Source: Octopus sinensis
Taxonomy: Eukaryota
Length of the DNA: 24,490 nt
Assembly (NCBI RefSeq): GCF_006345805.1
Contig: NW_021836414.1
Coordinates: forward strand, 1 to 24,490
Reading direction: 5' to 3'
The notes under the pieces are model-generated. The model saw only the letters and a list, made by a program, of their open reading frames with translations, ran no database searches and was not told the DNA's origin. Shown here one piece after another: positions 20,561 through 24,490 of the stretch. How positions within the stretch are numbered: position 1 is the stretch's first letter; the number at the start of each line of letters is the position of its first letter. The translations under genes were made by a program, and so were the position numbers.

Positions 20561-20830
20561 ATGATTATTACTGTTGTAGGTGCTAGCACATAATCAGTGA
20601 ATTTTCTTAACAAGAATAACAGTAAACACACTGCTAATATATACGCGAGCACAGAAAGTATGACTCAAAAGAATATTCCCTTTTGAATAATTTTTATAAC
20701 CACGGAGACAATAGGTCAACTTTCAGTTACAACTGTAAAAACCGTAAAAACCAAAACTGCTGATAACACCCGCTAAGTCAGCAGGTAATTTTGCGGATGT
20801 GTAAATATATACTTGTTTGTTTCTTTGCTT

Positions 20831-20864
<34 letters not shown>

Positions 20865-21061
20865 ACACGGCAACAGCCTCGCCCGGAGCGAAACGCAGAC
20901 TAAACTTTCAACTAGATATGATAAACGAATCTATTCACATTATTTAACATAAAAAAGTTCTGTGTTTGACAATGCTTACAGAATACAAAACTACATTTTG
21001 AATATATTTTACGATACTTTACAACTCTTAAATTACATTATATACAACATACATACAATAG

Positions 21062-21088
21062 ATGTATACATACACATATATTATATAT

Positions 21089-21145
<57 letters not shown>

Positions 21146-21354
21146 CATATATATATATATGTGTGTATGTTATATATATAGATATATATATATATATATA
21201 TATATGTAGTTATATATGTATATATATATATATATGTATATATATGTATATATATATGTATGTATATATGTATATATATATGTATGTATATATGTATGTA
21301 TATATATGTATCTCTCTATATATATATGTATGTATATATATATATATATGTATG

Positions 21355-21385
<31 letters not shown>

Positions 21386-21400
21386 GTATATATATGTATG
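21062..21400. repeat. Large compound (TA)n/(TATG)n microsatellite
   Basis: Direct reading of the sequence. Confidence 0.95.
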
Positions 21401-22423
21401 TGGGGAGAGAGAGAGAGAAGAGAGAGAGTATTTGACATGAAGATGTTAAACGTAATACATTTTAACTTCCCTGATCCGAGGCACGTGATCGCAATTATGG
21501 TGATGAAAGACATAAATAGTAAGTTAAGACACAGGTACGCTTCGACAATATTGCAGATGCTTAATATTTAAACAGAGTTGAATAATATTTATTGACAAGC
21601 AATTTTCTTGTCACACAAACTTACTGACTATGTAATTAATGTTCTCCAAATTATCATTTTCGTGACAGAGCAGAATTTATATTTCTTTCAATGTGAAATG
21701 AATTACATGCATTTCCGTCAGTATCACCTCATTTTCTAGTACTTATTTTATTAGGGGAAATTTCAAAATAGTTGAGGATTTGAGCATTATTTGGACGACG
21801 GGCATCAGAGGCACGTTATCCACTTCGAATTTGTTGTTGGATGACTTAAAAGGAAAATTGAATCTACAAGCATCAAGTTTTGAAATTTTGCTATCGTTTG
21901 CCAGCTTCTATTCTTGTAACTAAACAGGAAAACATACATCAAAGCTAATCCAGTTTCCGTGTAACAAAATTCTATGGCCAATAAGGAAGAAACCGAAAGT
22001 AAATTTTCTTTCGCTCTTAAAATAATTTCCAGCTCAGTGGGCGAAAGATTTATATCATTTCAACTAGAAACTGTTAGTTTATCCAAGCACTTCTGCTAGG
22101 TATCCGAATATATCCAGGCCTCAACACTTCAGTAAAAGACAAGAGCGCTTATGTCAATCTGCCGGGCCTCAGTGAGAAATAAGCAGCAATTGTAATTTGT
22201 CTTTTTTAGACGAAATAGCCTCTGATATGTGTTATGTTATCTACAAACTATTCAACTAGTTCAATGAAAACAACATCGAACTCACAATATGCCCTACTGC
22301 GAAACAAAATTAAAATGAAATATCTTCATAAACATATGAAGCCAAAATACTTATGGTGTCACCAAGATATGAAGAAGCACTTCAGTGGATGGCTGAAACA
22401 GCTATAATCTTTTTTAGGCTTAA

Positions 22424-22568
22424 GGCAGCGAGGTATCAGAATCGTTAGAGCGTCAGCAGAAGGCCTTGTGCTTATTGTTCTGGCTCTTTACGCTCTGATT
22501 TCAAAACATTCCACACATGTCAAATTTGTCTTACATCTCTCCAGTGTCGATAAAATAATGTATCAGTA
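22424..22568 (+). mobile_element. Diverged group B SINE
   Basis: GGCAGCGAG...AGAATCGTTAG...CTTTACGCTCTGATTTCAAA...GTCGATAAAATAATGTATCAGT matches the minus-strand reading of the B copies. Confidence 0.6.
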
Positions 22569-22813
22569 AACTAATGGGGTTGATAATATTTACTAAGCAT
22601 ATTTCCTCATAAAATACAGATCATGAGGTTTTGTACTAAATCAGAAATCATTATTCTCCCTTAGTATTTTATATAAAATTCCGTCTACACAATTCATTCT
22701 ATAATCTCAATGAGAGCAAATAACATTTTTAAAAAATAGAGGACGCAAACAGTACCCGCATGGCCGCAGGACCAATGGCTAATAAGTAATAACAGTAAAA
22801 TGCAACATGTATA

Positions 22814-24081
22814 CAGGGATTAGACAAAATAAGGGAAACATCTTAAAATTTCAAACAAATTTATTCCAATATGGGGTAGGACCGCCTTAGGCGGTAATTA
22901 CAGCTTGAATTCTACAAGGTATGGACTCGTACAAAGTTTCAATTGTTTCCAAACGAGATTTTTGTCCATTCTTCAGCTAAAACAGTCTCCAGTTCTTGTA
23001 GTGATGATGGGGGAGGATATCACCTCCATACTTGTTTTTCTAAAATGCACCATAAATGTTCAATAATATTGAAATCTGGGGACTTTGGATGTTCCTCGTG
23101 CCATTCAGTAACAATTTTGTTGTGTGAATTGGTGCATTATCATTCTGAAAGATTGCGTTTATCCCCCGAGAACAGTTCCGCAACCATAGCATGAATTTGA
23201 TCAGACAAAATGCTTAAATAGTCTTGACTATTAATTCTGCCATGAAGGGAAACCATTGGACCGGCGGATTTCCAAGATATAGCCCCCCACCCCCAGATCA
23301 TCACAGATTTCCCTCCATGTCTAACATTTGGAAGAAGGCAGTCTGAGTCAAATGCTTCCTTTGGCTGTCGCCACACCTATTCTCGGCCGGTGGTTGGAAA
23401 TAGGGTAAAGGATGGCTCGTCCGAGAAAATAACATTCTTCTACTGCTCTAGGGACCAATTCTGTAGGTTTTATACTCCACTCTAAACGCTTCGCAACGTT
23501 TATTTTTGAAAGTAGTGGTTTTCTGATTGCAGCCCTCTCATTAAATCCGGCTTTGTGCAGCTCCCACCGAACAGTTTTTGTGGAAACTGGGTTCACGAGG
23601 TGGTCATTAAGCTCTGCAGTAATTTTGGGAGCTGTACCTTTGTGATCCTTTCTAACAATTCATGTAAGAGTCCGACGGTCCCTATCTGAAAGTTTTGGTT
23701 TTCTTCCTGAGTTTTGTTTCGACGAGGAGGTTTTTCTCTCTTTCTCAAAGGCTGTAATCACAGCCTTTCGAGACAGTACTTCTTGATACACCAAACATTT
23801 CGGCTGTTTTCGTTACGCTAGCGCCTGTCATACGAGCCACCAAAAATTGACCTCTTTGAAAGTCCGATCTGTCATTTTAATGAATTTTAATTACCTTTTT
23901 CTGTTGATATCTGAAACAGCAATTTTAGCAAATTGAAACAGCAATTTTAGCAAAACATATTAACCAACGCTAATACTAAATCCCAAAACATAAAAATAAA
24001 CAAGCTTTTGGCGGTTCTATAGATATTTCAAAATTATGATGCTATGATGCTAGGTGCTTCCATTATTTTGTCCAACCCCTG
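22814..24081 (-). mobile_element. Tc1-family DNA transposon, near full length, inactive
   Basis: 27-bp TIRs CAGGGATTAGACAAAATAAGGGAAACA (22814-22840) and the reverse complement of 24055-24081, 4 mismatches. TA duplication at 22812-22813 and 24082-24083. Internal transposase pseudogene. Confidence 0.95.
22867..23875 (-). pseudogene. Tc1 DDE transposase pseudogene
   Basis: Fragments include GRKPKLSDRDRRTL, VSTKTVRWELHKAG, RKPLL, VIFSDE, VRHGGKSVMIWG, FQNDNAPIH, SPDFNNIEHLW and GGPTPY. Broken by stop codons and frameshifts. Confidence 0.93.
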
Positions 24082-24303
24082 TATACATGTTTGTATGTAT
24101 GTATATATATTATTTGTACTGTAACAGCCATCTTTATACAAAGCAATAATTAACCCAATCGAGTAAATATAATTGGTTTTTATTAATATTTTCTATTCCT
24201 GCTCCAGCGGCACAATTAAACCTTTAAAATGGCTTTTGAGAAGTTTCAGTTTGCTAAATGATGCTTCTGTCAATGATACCGCAGTTGGAATTGTTAATAA
24301 TGC

Positions 24304-24490
24304 TTTCTACTAAGGGCACAAGTCCTGAATTCTTTTGTGGGGAGGGGGGGACCATTCGATTACATCGACCCCAGTGATTCACTAGTACTTAATTTATTGT
24401 CCCCGAAAGGCTGAAAGGCAAAGTCGACCTCGGAAGAATTTGAACTCCGAACGTAAAGACAGTCGAACTGCCGCTAAGCATTTCGCCCGG
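24304..24490 (-). mobile_element. Group B SINE, cut by the window end
   Basis: Aligns with 4319-4507 including the TTCTAC...GGCACAAG-CCTGAA...GGGGAGG tail. Confidence 0.85.

Noticed and set aside
21754-21920. Open frame containing GIRG and LLDDLK, and a possible splice acceptor at 21753
   Set aside because: Motif spacing does not fit an RT, and I found no good donor site before the stop; not supportable.
22881-22895. Palindrome ACCGCCTTAGGCGGT
   Set aside because: Lies within the transposase coding remnant; 7-bp arms are unremarkable.

Overview
Eukaryotic, AT-rich, repeat-saturated non-coding DNA. I find no credible host protein-coding gene, rRNA, true tRNA gene or CRISPR array; almost all listed ORFs are translations of microsatellites or repeats. 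The SINE repertoire and extreme microsatellite density look like an Octopus-type cephalopod genome (recognition from memory, not a database result). Contents: (1) about 20 full or partial copies of four tRNA-derived SINE groups (my labels A, B, C, E) with interchangeable heads, bodies and tails; (2) a near-full-length decayed Tc1 transposon with TIRs and TA duplication (22814-24081), a mariner 5' relic (13729-14006) and an end-intact non-autonomous Helitron (14898-15292); (3) a decayed R4/Dong-like LINE reverse-transcriptase fragment (~20040-20560) and a non-coding element bounded by (AAT)n tracts; (4) many compound microsatellites. The most interesting unexplained structure is a 264-bp element with 41-bp inverted ends whose centre folds, on the minus strand, into a minimal type I hammerhead-ribozyme-like motif with one non-canonical core position (2692-2736). 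Several other fold-back and template-switch signatures are reported.
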